Assembly: GCA_900617105.1 (NCBI GenBank)
Contig: UYFQ01000260.1
Location: forward strand, 124,001-188,000
Length of the DNA: 64,000 bases
Source: Hydrurus foetidus
Lineage: Eukaryota
Reading direction: 5' to 3'
The translations under genes and the position numbers were made by a program. Shown here one piece after another: positions 33,520 through 43,499 of the stretch. The notes under the pieces were generated by a model, which was given only the letters and a program-made list of their open reading frames with translations, did not search any database and was not told the origin of the DNA. The first letter of the stretch is position 1. Every line of letters starts with the position of its first letter.

Positions 33520-35004
33520 ATGTTGTTCTCAAGCACGGCCAAGACTAGGCAAGCCGCAGTTGCTTTGGAACTGCGCGAGTTAAGGGCCCTGGTCGCGGCC
33601 ATGGATCGCTCCCAGGCGGTGATCGAGTTCAAGCTCGACGGAACCATCCTGAAGGCCAACGCCAATTTCCTGAACGCTCTGGGCTATCGAGCCGAAGAGG
33701 TCGTAGGGCAGCACCACCGGATTTTCGTCCCGCCAGCCGAAGCGGCGAGCGCCGAGTATCGCGCCTTCTGGGGTGAGCTCAACAGTGGCCAGTTCGTGGC
33801 CCGCAAGTTCTTGCGGGTGACCAAACAGGGCGCGGAGTGCTGGATTCAAGCCTCGTACAACCCCGTGCTGGACGACAAGGGCAAGCCTTACAAGATCATC
33901 AAGTTTGCGACCGACATCACGGCGGTTGAGGTCGAGACATCCGGTTGGAGGCCGAGGCCGTCGAGGAGCAGGAGGAGGTTACGCCAACCTCGCCTCAAGC
34001 CTCAAGCGTCTGGCGCCGGTGATCTGACTGCCCGCATCACCGCCCTTCCGCCGGCCTACGAGTCGCTCCGCCGTGACTTCAACGCCGCGTTCAGGAACTG
34101 GAAGGCGCCTTTGCGGTGCTCTCCACCTGCGCCCGGTGGCCTGCGCGCGGGCGCGGACGAGATCGCCTCGGCCGCCGACGACCTGTCGCGCCGCACCGAG
34201 CAGCAGGCCGCCAGCCTGGAAGAAACCGCCGCCGCCCTCGACGAGATCACCGCCACCGTCGCGCAGCGCCGCAGGCGCCAAGCAGGCCTCGACGTGGCCT
34301 CGGGCGCGCGCAGCGAGCGGCCCGCTCGGGCGACGTCATGCGAGCGCCGTGACGGCCATGGGCGAGATCGAAAAAGCTCAGTCAGATCGGCCAGATCATC
34401 GGCGTCATCGACGAGATCGCCTTCCAGACCAACCTCTGGCCCTGAACGCCGGCGTCGAAGCCGCTCGCGCCGGCGAAGCGGGTCGCGGCTTCGCGGTCGT
34501 CGCCCAGGAAGTGCGGGCCTTGGCCCAGCGCTCCGCCGACGCGGCCAAGGAGATCAAGACCCTGATCGCCAGCAGCTCGGCCCAGGTCGAGCGCGGGGTC
34601 AGGCTGGTGGGCCAGACCGGACGAGGCCCTGACGGGCATCGTGCAAGGTCGCCGAGATCGACGCCCTGGTCTCCGAGATCGCCGCCTCGGCCAGGAACAG
34701 GCCACGGGCCTCAATGAGGTCAATACGGCCGTCAACCAGATGGACCAGGTGACCCAGCAGAACGCGGCCATGGTCGAAGAGGCCACCGCCGCCAGCCTCA
34801 AACCTCAGGGCCGAGGCTGCCGAGCTGGCCTCGCTGGTCGCGCGTTTCCAGACTGGCGAGCCTGTCGCCCGGCTCGAACCCGCCCAAGCCGGTCGCCATG
34901 CCCCGGCGGCCAATCCCGTTGCGCGGTCCCAGGCCAAGATCGCCGCTTTCGCGCGTCCCGGCGGCGGCGGACAGGCGGCGACCCAGTCCTGGGAAGAGTT
35001 CTGA
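33520..35004 (+). CDS. Cytoplasmic PAS-domain methyl-accepting chemotaxis protein (heavily frameshifted)
   Basis: PAS SQAVIEF..DG.IL.AN.NFL...WIQASYNPV...[44 protein letters not shown]-terminal SWEEF. Confidence 0.9.
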
Positions 35005-35029
35005 TCCACGCGCGGCACGGACAAGACGA

Positions 35030-35493
35030 ATGGTGAGCGACGGCGGCCTGTCCAGAGAGGGTAGATTGGAGCTGATCTCCTTCGAGATCGGTGGCCAGGA
35101 GTTCTGTATCGATATCCGCAGTGTTCGCGAGATCCGGGGCTGGACCCCGGCCACGCCGATGCCTCACACGCCAGGCTATGTGCTGGGCGTGATCAATCTT
35201 CGGGGCGCGGTGATGCCCGTCATCGATCTGCGCTATCGGTTGGGTCTGGGCGTGACCGAGGTGTCGTCTCGGCACGTGATCGTGGTGATCCAGCACGGCG
35301 CGCAGCTGGCCGGCGTTCTGGTCGACGGCGTTCAGGAAACCTTTCAGGTGGATGCGAGCGTGCTGCAAGAGCCGCCTCAGATCGAAGCCACCACACCAGA
35401 CCTCTTCGTCGACGCCATCATTCCGATCGAAGACCGCCTGCTCAGTCGACTGGTCGTGAGGGCCCTGCTCCTGCGCAGAGTCAGGCAGCGTAA
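35030..35493 (+). CDS. cheW: Chemotaxis protein CheW (3' end inferred across a probable frameshift)
   Basis: LISFEIG, VREIRGWT.ATPMP, GVINLRG.VMPVIDL and GVLVD.V motifs. Confidence 0.9.
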
Positions 35494-35622
35494 GAAAGGC
35501 TGCCCGCTGCGGGATGTGCTGATCAAGCTGCAACCCGCAGCGCCACGTACACGGTCGGCGCGGGCTTGAGCTGTCCCTCCACTCCCGCAACGGCGGTAGG
35601 CCAGGTGGCCGGAGGAACGACA

Positions 35623-35857
35623 CTGCTGAATCGCGGCCGGCTCATCGACCACTTCCAACTGGTCGTCCGCGATCAGTCCGCCGGCAGGCGCTCCTCGACG
35701 CCCGACCTGAAGAAGAACCTCAGGGTCAGCTGCTATCATTCGGGGCACATGGCCTATGGCGACCTCGCGGCGCTGAAGAAGATGAAAGCCGATCTGGACT
35801 CCTCTACGCCGCCGCTCAGAAGGCATCGCAGCAGCCCGCAACGACGCTCGCCCATGA
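35623..35857 (+). pseudogene. Chimeric remnant: VOC/glyoxalase N-terminus joined to an S10 carboxypeptidase C-terminus
   Basis: LNRGRLIDHFQLVVRD after a GGAGG RBS, then DLKKNLRVSCYHSGHMAYGDLAALKKMKADLD. Confidence 0.55.
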
Positions 35858-35874
35858 GAGCGACGGAGACCGCA

Positions 35875-37428
35875 ATGAAACTCGCGCGACGATCGGTTCT
35901 GCTCCTGGCCCTGCTCGTTGCCTCGACGGCTCTTGGCGCGGCGGGGGGACGGCAGGCCGTCGCGGGCGAGCGCGCGGTCATCGGTTACAAGATTCACATT
36001 CATGACCTGGCCGGCCCGTGGTGGATGTCGAGGCGAGCCTCCCGGTCAGCCAGCCGGTGGAAACCCTACATCCCGGTCTGGACGCCCGGCTACTACGTCA
36101 AGGAGGACTACAAGAAGAACGTCCTTCGCCTCCAGGCGTACGACGAAGGCGGGCGCGAGCTGGCCGTGACAGACGGCGGCTCCAATCGCTGGACGGTGAC
36201 CACCAGCGGCGCCAAGCGGCTGGTCGTTCGCTACGTGCTTTCCGCCAAGGAACGGTCCGTGTCGAAGGACGAGGTGACGTCCACCTACGCCGTGCTCAAC
36301 GGCTCGGCGACCTACATCACCGTCAAGGGCGGCGAGCATCTTGGCCAAGAGGTCGCTCTCGACCTGCCCAAAGGCTGGGTCAGCGCGACCGGTCTCAAGA
36401 GGATCGGGCCGGCCTCAGCTTCGCATTTTACGGCCGCTAGCTATGAGGAGCTGGTCGATTCCCCGATCATGGCCGGCGACCTTGAGGTCCTCGACTTCAC
36501 CTCGAAGGGCACGCGCCACCAGATCGCCTACAACCGCGGCGCGGTGGCCGTGGACAAGGCGCGGATGGCTTCCGATCTCAAGAAGGTGGTGGACGAGACG
36601 CGCGGTTTCTGGGCGCAGCGGCAGTACGCGTTCCTGATCGCCTTCCGCACCAAAACCGGCGGTGGCCTGGAGCATAGCCATTCGACCTTCGTGAACGTCA
36701 ATCCCGAGCGGTTCGCCACCGCGCCGGGCTATGACGCCTTCGTGGCTTTGCTCGCCCACGAGTACCAGCACGCGTTCAATGTGAAGCGACTGCGCCCCGT
36801 GGAGCTGGGTCCCTTCGACTACGAAACAGTCCCGACCGTCTCTACCCTTTGGATCTCGGAGGGCCTGACCTCCTACTACAGCAACCTCATGCTGAGGCGG
36901 AGCGGGCTGATCGACGACGAGCGCTATCTGGGCATGATGTCAAAGCAGATCACCGCCCTCCAGAACGCCCCGGGCCGGCTGAAGCAGTCGCTGGAGCAAT
37001 CGTCGATGGGTGTGTGGTCGAACAGCCTGTCCGGTGTCGGCGCCTCGGACGCGACGGTCAGCTACTACGTCAAGGGCGAGGTCGCGGGCTTCCTGCTGGA
37101 CGCGCATATCCGCAAGCTGACCGGCGGCAAGGCCAGCCTCGACGACGTTATGCGCAAGGCCTACGTCCAGTACTCAGGCAAGACCGGATTCCGGCCGGAG
37201 GAGTTCACGGCGGTGGCGGAAGGCGTCGCGGGTCAGCCGCTGCAGGACTGGTTCGCCAGCGTCATCGGCGCTCCGGGCGAAGTCGACTACGCCGAGGCGC
37301 TCGACCTGTACGGGCTGGACCTGACGCAGAGCGAAGGCAAGGACGGCGCCAAATTTGTTCTATCGAGCGCGGCGAACGCGAACCCGAGTCAGACGGCCCG
37401 CCGGCAGTCCTGGCTTGGACCCCAATGA
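35875..37428 (+). CDS. M61-family metallopeptidase (glycyl aminopeptidase-like), exported
   Basis: PVWTPGYY, ELVDSPI, GGGLEH, HEYQH (HExxH), NVKRLRP, LWISEGLTSYY and SYYVKG motifs. Confidence 0.9.
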   Translation: MKLARRSVLLLALLVASTALGAAGGRQAVAGERAVIGYKIHIHDLAGPWWMSRRASRSASRWKPYIPVWTPGYYVKEDYKKNVLRLQAYDEGGRELAVTDGGSNRWTVTTSGAKRLVVRYVLSAKERSVSKDEVTSTYAVLNGSATYITVKGGEHLGQEVALDLPKGWVSATGLKRIGPASASHFTAASYEELVDSPIMAGDLEVLDFTSKGTRHQIAYNRGAVAVDKARMASDLKKVVDETRGFWAQRQYAFLIAFRTKTGGGLEHSHSTFVNVNPERFATAPGYDAFVALLAHEYQHAFNVKRLRPVELGPFDYETVPTVSTLWISEGLTSYYSNLMLRRSGLIDDERYLGMMSKQITALQNAPGRLKQSLEQSSMGVWSNSLSGVGASDATVSYYVKGEVAGFLLDAHIRKLTGGKASLDDVMRKAYVQYSGKTGFRPEEFTAVAEGVAGQPLQDWFASVIGAPGEVDYAEALDLYGLDLTQSEGKDGAKFVLSSAANANPSQTARRQSWLGPQ

Positions 37429-37701
37429 TCGAGCTGCTGGTCGCCCTCAGGACGCCTTGATGAACGCGCCAGAAAACGGCGCCTGAACGGCGGCGTCTTC
37501 CGGCTCGGTCTCCGCGAACAGTCTCGCCCGCGCGATGATGCCAAGACCGTTTGGCGCTGGACTTGCGGCAGCTCAAAGTCCGTTGCTGGCGCAGAGAGGT
37601 ACGGCGGGCCCACCACCGGACGCTTGGACGGCTTTTGCAGAATGTAGCCCCGTTCGTGAACGAACCGGGCTAGGTGGACGCCCCACCTGCGAGAGTGTCC
37701 C

Positions 37702-38028
37702 ATGCCCGCCTTCACCATCGTCACCACCAGCGCGACCCACGGCAGCGATGCGGTGGAGGTGAGCACACTGAGCGACGATTTCACAAACGACAGCGAAGCC
37801 CTGGGTTATTCGCGCCGCATGGCCGAAGAAATGGTGGGCATGGCTCACCAGCTGGCCCTGGATTTCGATTTTAGCACCGTGGGCCTCTATGACGGCGACC
37901 TGATCGACGAGGACATCGATCAGTCCCACCCCGCTTTCCTTGGGGCCTGGGTCATGGACGAAGAGGGTGTGTCCTTCGTCGGAGCCGATGAACTGCGCGA
38001 TGGCGAAACCGCTCCCGCAGGCGCCTGA
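37702..38028 (+). CDS. Small, highly acidic hypothetical protein
   Basis: 108-aa ORF with genome-like codon usage; 23 Asp/Glu, 3 Arg, 0 Lys. Confidence 0.7.
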   Translation: MPAFTIVTTSATHGSDAVEVSTLSDDFTNDSEALGYSRRMAEEMVGMAHQLALDFDFSTVGLYDGDLIDEDIDQSHPAFLGAWVMDEEGVSFVGADELRDGETAPAGA

Positions 38029-38156
38029 CGTCGGGCAGCGGGGGTAGCGGCTAGACCGAAAGCCGGCGTCCGCGTCCGTCGATAGGTAGAGCTTCGGCGG
38101 CGTTTAGCTGCGGCCCGCCGGTGGCGCCAGTTGCGGCCACCGGCTAGGCTGCACGG

Positions 38157-38525
38157 ATGGTTCAGGTCAGCGGCCCTTCGTGGTGGCTCAGAGCTGAGCG
38201 CGCTGCGCGCTCGCTGAAGGCGACAAGCCGGGGCGCCGCCAGGGCCCGGCATTCGGTCTATGTGATCTTGCTCCACGATGCGCGTAAGGCCGACCCATGG
38301 GGTGTCTATGTCGGCCAGACTTCGCGCGACCCCGACCTGCGCTTTGATCAGCACAAGAACGGCTACAAGGCCAGCAGCGCGGCCAAGCGGTTTGGTGTAC
38401 GCTTGGTCCCCGACCTGACCGAGCACCTCAATCCCATGCGACAGTGGGAGTCTTTGGAGCTCGAGGCAGCCCTCGCCGACGCGTTTAGAGCCGCCGGCGT
38501 GCCTTGGGTGGAAGGTGGTCACTGA
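38157..38525 (+). CDS. Small GIY-YIG-like nuclease-domain protein
   Basis: SVYVILL...VYVGQT....DLRFDQHK...ELE pattern. Confidence 0.65.
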   Translation: MVQVSGPSWWLRAERAARSLKATSRGAARARHSVYVILLHDARKADPWGVYVGQTSRDPDLRFDQHKNGYKASSAAKRFGVRLVPDLTEHLNPMRQWESLELEAALADAFRAAGVPWVEGGH

Positions 38526-38759
38526 ACCCTTGAGGGGGGCGTGAATGTCCACTTTCTGGAGCCACCTCAACCTCAGCTTCTGGCGCGTCCCCGACCCCAG
38601 GCGCGCGCGCCTGGGACGCCCTGCGCCGAGGGACAATGCCAACTTGTTTTTGGGCCACTTCTAAGTTGCGCCGACATACACAGCCCGTCTTGCATCGGGC
38701 GAAAAGCCGCGTCACTCTCTGCCTTAACAATGATAACATTCAGGGAGGGCGTCAGGGTC

Positions 38760-40412
38760 ATGGCCAGCGAACGCTTCGATTACATCGTCATCGGCGCCGG
38801 TTCGGCGGGCTGCGTCCTGGCCGCGCGACTGACGGAAGATCCCAACATCAAGGTGCTGCTGCTGGAAGCCGGCGGCAAGAACACCTCGATCCTGGTCAAG
38901 ATGCCGGCGGGGGTCGGTGAACTGATCAAGGCCAAGGGTGACCAGAACTGGGGCTTCTGGACCGAGGAAGAGCCGCACCTGAATAACCGCAAGCTGTGGT
39001 GGCCGCGCGGCAAGGGCCTGGGCGGCTCGTCGGCGATCAACGGCATGATCTATATTCGCGGCCATGCCCGCGACTATGACCAGTGGCGGCAGATGGGCCT
39101 GTCGGGCTGGTCGTATTCGGAGGTGCTGCCCTATTTCAAGCGCTCGGAGACCCACCATGCGGGCGGCGACGCCTATCATGGCGGCGAGGGCCCGCTGCAC
39201 GTGTCCGGGGGCGAGTCGCCCAGCCCGTTCTATCCGGCCCTGATCGAGGCCGGCCGCCAGGCGGGCTACAAGACCACCAAGGATTTCAACGGCTATCAGC
39301 AGGAGGGCTTTGGGCCCTACGACCTGACCATCCGCGACGGCAAGCGCTGGAGCGCGGCGGCGGCCTATCTGACGGCGGCCCTGTCGCGGCCGAACCTGAC
39401 CTGCGTGACCGAAGCCCGAACGACGAAGATCCTGATCGAAAAGGGACGCGCCATCGGCGTCGACTACGTCGTCGGCAAGGGCGGCGAGAAGCGCACGGCC
39501 CACGCCGACGCCGAGGTGCTGCTGAGCGCCGGCGCGGTGCAGTCGCCGCAGATCCTGCAGCTGTCGGGCATCGGGGCGCCGGATCTGCTGAAGTCGCACG
39601 GCGTGGCGGTGGTCCAGGAGTCCAAGGGCGTCGGCGCCAATCTGCAGGATCATCTGGACGTCTGCCTGTCGTGGACGACCAAGAACCTGATGACCGCCTA
39701 TTCGGCCAACAAGGGGCCTCAGGAAGCTGGGCACCGGCCTGTCCTACATGCTGATGGGCAAGGGGATGGGGCGGCAGCAGTTCCTCGAGAGCGGCGCCTT
39801 CCTGAAGTCGCGGCCCGACCTGGACCGTCCCGACCTGCAGATCCATGGCGTGCTGGCCATCATGCAGGATCATGGCGCCTGATCGAGAAGGACGGCTTCA
39901 CCCTGCACGTCTGCCAGCTGCGTCCGGAAAGCCGCGGCGCGGTGGGTCTGCGCTCGGCCGATCCGTTCGACGATCCGACCATCCTGGGCAACTACCTCGC
40001 CGCCGACGGGGACGCCGCGCCCTGCGCGAGGCGTCCGCATGGCGCGTGGTCGCAGCCCAGGCGGCCCTGGACCCTATCGTGACGCCGATATGCGCCGGCC
40101 GATGTGCGGGCCGACGCCGATCTCGACGCCTGGATCCGGGCCAAGTCCGAAACCATCTATCACCCGGTCGGCACCTGCCGCATGGGCGCGGCGGGCGACA
40201 CCATGGCGGTGGTCGACGATCAGCTGCGCGTGCAGGGGATTGCTGGCCTGCGGGTTGTCGACGCGTCGGTCATGCCCACCCTGGTGGGCGGCAACACCAA
40301 TGCTCCGACCATCATGGTGGCCGAGCGGGCGGCGGACATGATCATGGGCAAGGCGGCCCTGGCGCCGATGGACGCGCCGGTCTTCGAGGACGGACGAGCG
40401 GTGGCGGCGTGA
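38760..40412 (+). CDS. GMC-family FAD oxidoreductase (choline dehydrogenase-like; frameshifted)
   Basis: [42 protein letters not shown] and NTNAP motifs. Confidence 0.93.
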
Positions 40413-40422
40413 TCGTCTAGCC

Positions 40423-41370
40423 ATGCAACGTCGCCCCCTCGGCCGTTCCGGCCTCTCGATCGCCCCGCTGGTGTTTGGCGGGAATGTCTTTGGCTGGACG
40501 GCGGACGAGGCGACCTCGCATCACCTGCTCGACGCCTTCGTCGGCGGCGGCTTCAACGCCGTCGACACGGCCGACGTCTATTCGGCCTGGGTTCCTGGGC
40601 ACGAAGGGGGCGAGTCCGAGAGTGTCATGGGTCGCTGGCTGAAGGCGCGGGGCAGGCGCGACGACGTGCTGATCCTGACCAAGGTGGCCATGTGGCCCAA
40701 ACAGCCGGGCCTGTCGGCCGCCAATATCGAGGCGGCGGTCGAGGGTTCGCTGCGCCGGCTGCAGACCGACTATATCGACCTCTATCAGTCGCATCAGGAC
40801 GACGCGGAGACCCCGGTCGAGGAGACACTGGAAGCCTATGGCCGTCTGGTGAAGGCGGGCAAGGTGCGGGCCATCGGGGCGTCCAATGTCTCGCCGGCCC
40901 GGCTGGCCGAGAGCCTGGCGGCTTCGGCGGCCAACGGTCTGCCGCGCTACGAGACAATCCAGCCGAAGTTCAATCTCTATGACCGCGACCAGGTCGAGGG
41001 TGAGCTGGCCGCTCTGACGGCGGCGGAAGGCCTGGGCGTCATTCCTTTCTACGGTCTGGCCGCAGGCTTCCTGACGGGCAAGTATCGCGCTGAGGCCGAC
41101 CTTGAAGGGCGCGCGCGGCGACACACGATCAAGCGCGACTACATGAACGAAAAGGGCGTTCGGGTGCTGGCGGCCCTGGACAAGGCCGTCGAGGCGACCG
41201 GAGCCACTCACGCCCAGATCGCGTTGGCCTGGATCATGGCCCATCCGGCCATCACCGCGCCCATCGCCAGCGCCACCAGCGTCGCCCAGCTGGAAGAGCT
41301 GATGGGCGCGGCTCGGCTGATCCTGCCCGCCGAGGTGGTCGCCGACCTCGACGCGGCCGGGCGGGGCTAG
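40423..41370 (+). CDS. Aldo/keto reductase
   Basis: FGGNVFGWT, DTADVY, SLRRLQTDYIDLY and GKVRAIGASN motifs. Confidence 0.93.
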   Translation: MQRRPLGRSGLSIAPLVFGGNVFGWTADEATSHHLLDAFVGGGFNAVDTADVYSAWVPGHEGGESESVMGRWLKARGRRDDVLILTKVAMWPKQPGLSAANIEAAVEGSLRRLQTDYIDLYQSHQDDAETPVEETLEAYGRLVKAGKVRAIGASNVSPARLAESLAASAANGLPRYETIQPKFNLYDRDQVEGELAALTAAEGLGVIPFYGLAAGFLTGKYRAEADLEGRARRHTIKRDYMNEKGVRVLAALDKAVEATGATHAQIALAWIMAHPAITAPIASATSVAQLEELMGAARLILPAEVVADLDAAGRG

Positions 41371-41375
41371 CCGCC

Positions 41376-41804
41376 GTGAGCGCCGCGCTGATCGAGAGCA
41401 GTCTGGAGCAGGCGGCCCAGCGCTGCGACGATCTCACGCCCCTGGTCTATGAGCGGCTCTTTCGCCAGCAGCCGGACATGGAGCCGCTGTTCTGCATGGA
41501 CGCCAATGGCCAGGTGCGGGGCGAGATGCTGTCGCAGGTGATCCGGGCCATCCTGGATTTCGTCGGCGAGCGTCAATACGCGGCTACCCTGATCCAGTCC
41601 GAAGCGATGAACCACGCCGGCTATGACGTGCCGCCCCACGTGTTCGGGACTTTCTTTGGCGTGGTGGCTGACACCCTGCGCGAGGTGCTGGGCGCGGACT
41701 GGACAGCCGAGATCGACGCGGCCTGGCGCGAACTGCTGGTCGAGCTGGACTACTACGTCACCCATACCAACCAGTTCGAGACCGCAAAGGTCGCGAGGGG
41801 CTAG
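41376..41804 (+). CDS. Single-domain globin
   Basis: VYERLF...P.MEPLF (B10 Tyr, CD1 Phe), NHAGYDV (F8 His), WT.E...AW. Confidence 0.82.
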   Translation: MSAALIESSLEQAAQRCDDLTPLVYERLFRQQPDMEPLFCMDANGQVRGEMLSQVIRAILDFVGERQYAATLIQSEAMNHAGYDVPPHVFGTFFGVVADTLREVLGADWTAEIDAAWRELLVELDYYVTHTNQFETAKVARG

Positions 41805-42349
41805 GCGATCCGGCGGCCGTCCAGGGTGGCCAGGCGCAGCCGCGCGCCTTCCTGATTGGCGAGGCCCAGGGGCTGGATCTGGCGAACGCCCAGTTCATAG
41901 GCCGGGCGACCTTCCAGGCGGGCGGTCATGGCGATGGGCTGATAGAGGCCCAGGAAGCGGTCGGTTTCGCCGTCCACGCCGCGCAGGGGCGCAAACAGCA
42001 CCTCCATGCCGACCGACGGAACCCCCTGGGCCCGAATGTCGGCCGTCACCACCACCGGCTGGCAACGGCGACGGGCGATCTCCAGAGACGACTTCAGCTC
42101 CAGTCGGTGCGACAGGGCCCACAGGCTGAGCAGATCCTCGCCGCGCAGATCGCGGGCGTGCAGGTCGGCCAGGAACCCGCCGGCCAGACGGAAGGGCATG
42201 CGGCCCAGCTTCTCGCGTCCGGCAATGAAGACCTGAGGCAGAAGGTCGGTGAAATCGCCCGGATTGATGTCGGCGCGCGACGGCGCGGGCGCGTCGCCTT
42301 TGCGGTCGCGCCAATAGTCTATCAACCGTTGTGTGCTTGGATGGAACAT
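41801..42349 (-). CDS. PAS_5 (DUF1457-like) domain protein
   Basis: HPSTQRL.DYW, P.RADINP...LLP.VF and FRLAG motifs. Confidence 0.82.
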   Translation of the reverse strand: MFHPSTQRLIDYWRDRKGDAPAPSRADINPGDFTDLLPQVFIAGREKLGRMPFRLAGGFLADLHARDLRGEDLLSLWALSHRLELKSSLEIARRRCQPVVVTADIRAQGVPSVGMEVLFAPLRGVDGETDRFLGLYQPIAMTARLEGRPAYELGVRQIQPLGLANQEGARLRLATLDGRRIA

Positions 42350-42517
42350 CGTCGTCCCCTCAGCGGGTCCTTCCACGGCTGTTTTGCCGCATGGGGCTTG
42401 CTAGAGATCCGGGCCAAGCCCCGACCGTCCCGTTTTGGCGCAAGCCGATCGGGAGGCGGGCGGCGGCTCGATTCTGCTGGCCAAACGGCCGGACGACGTC
42501 GTGTGAAGGGGATCGCC

Positions 42518-43441
42518 ATGAAGGCGCCGAAACGATCGATGCGCGGGCTGGTGTGGGGCCTTGGTGCGCTGTTAGGCGGCCTGATGCTGGGCGGAGCCGC
42601 CTATGCCGCAGGCTGCACGACTGGCTGCCCGCCTCCGCCGCCGACCTGCTGCACCACCCCGACGCCGCCACCCAAGCCACCCAGGCCGCCCAGTCCCCCG
42701 TGCTGTACGCCGGGTCACAACGTCAATATTCCGGGCGTGAACATCAATGTCGGCGCGACGGTGATCGTCAACGCCAATGCCAACGCCACGGCTTCGGCCG
42801 GTGCGTCTTCGGGCGCGAGCGCCGGGGGGGCGCCAGCACCAACGTCTATTATGGTGGCGGCGGTCACGGCGGTTACTATTCTGGTCCGATGTCGACCGGC
42901 TATATTCAGGGCCTCAATGTCGAGGGCGGCGAAGTGCGCCGTCGCGCATCCTATGAAGCCACCCGCACCAAGCTGCGCCGCGTCGTCATCCGCGCCGTGT
43001 GCCTGGACGATCGTGACGTGCCGCACCCGGCCTCCCAGGTCACGCCCGACCGCGACATCGACGACCGCTATGACGGCGAGCTGTATCGCTGCATCGCCGG
43101 CTCGCGCATGCAGTACGTGATCGGCGACTACGAGAGCAGCATCGACATCAGCACCAATGGTCGCGGCGCCCAGACCTATATCTGCGCCAAGAACGAGGCC
43201 CTCTATCATGCTCCTGGCGCAGGCCAGGTCGGCCAGGCGGGTACGCTGACCTGCCGTCCGCAGCGTCCGGCGCGCGACTGCAACGAGCGCTCGCTGCTGC
43301 GCCGCTTTGGCGCCGGCGTAAAGATCCTGACCATTCTGACCAGCGAGACCTACGGCCTATCGCGAGGAGCAGGTCCGCGAGACCAGCGCGTCTTCGATGA
43401 GCTTCAGCCTCGATGGCGGCGTCGGCGGCGTGGTTTATTAG
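42518..43441 (+). CDS. hfaE: Exported Cys/Pro-rich protein, probable holdfast anchor protein HfaE (frameshifted)
   Basis: Signal peptide; CPPPPPTCC and NVNIPGVNINVG; Cys-rich C-domain ending LDGGVGGVVY. The name rests on recalled synteny (next to the M16 peptidase, near hfa). Confidence 0.6.
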
Positions 43442-43463
43442 ACCGCGTCATCGCTGAAAGTTC

Positions 43464-43495
43464 AGGCCCTCCCCAGCCGGCGGGAGGGCCTTTTC
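43464..43495 (+). terminator. Rho-independent terminator
   Basis: AGGCCCTCCC-N8-GGGAGGGCCT followed by TTT, between convergent genes. Confidence 0.75.
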
Positions 43496-43499
43496 GTGT

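Noticed and set aside
38760..40412. Calling the GMC enzyme betA
   Set aside because: No betB or betI nearby; family motifs alone do not define the substrate.
42400..42417. Sigma54-like element upstream of the PAS_5 gene (minus strand TGGCCC...TAGC)
   Set aside because: The GG-to-GC spacing does not fit the strict -24/-12 geometry.
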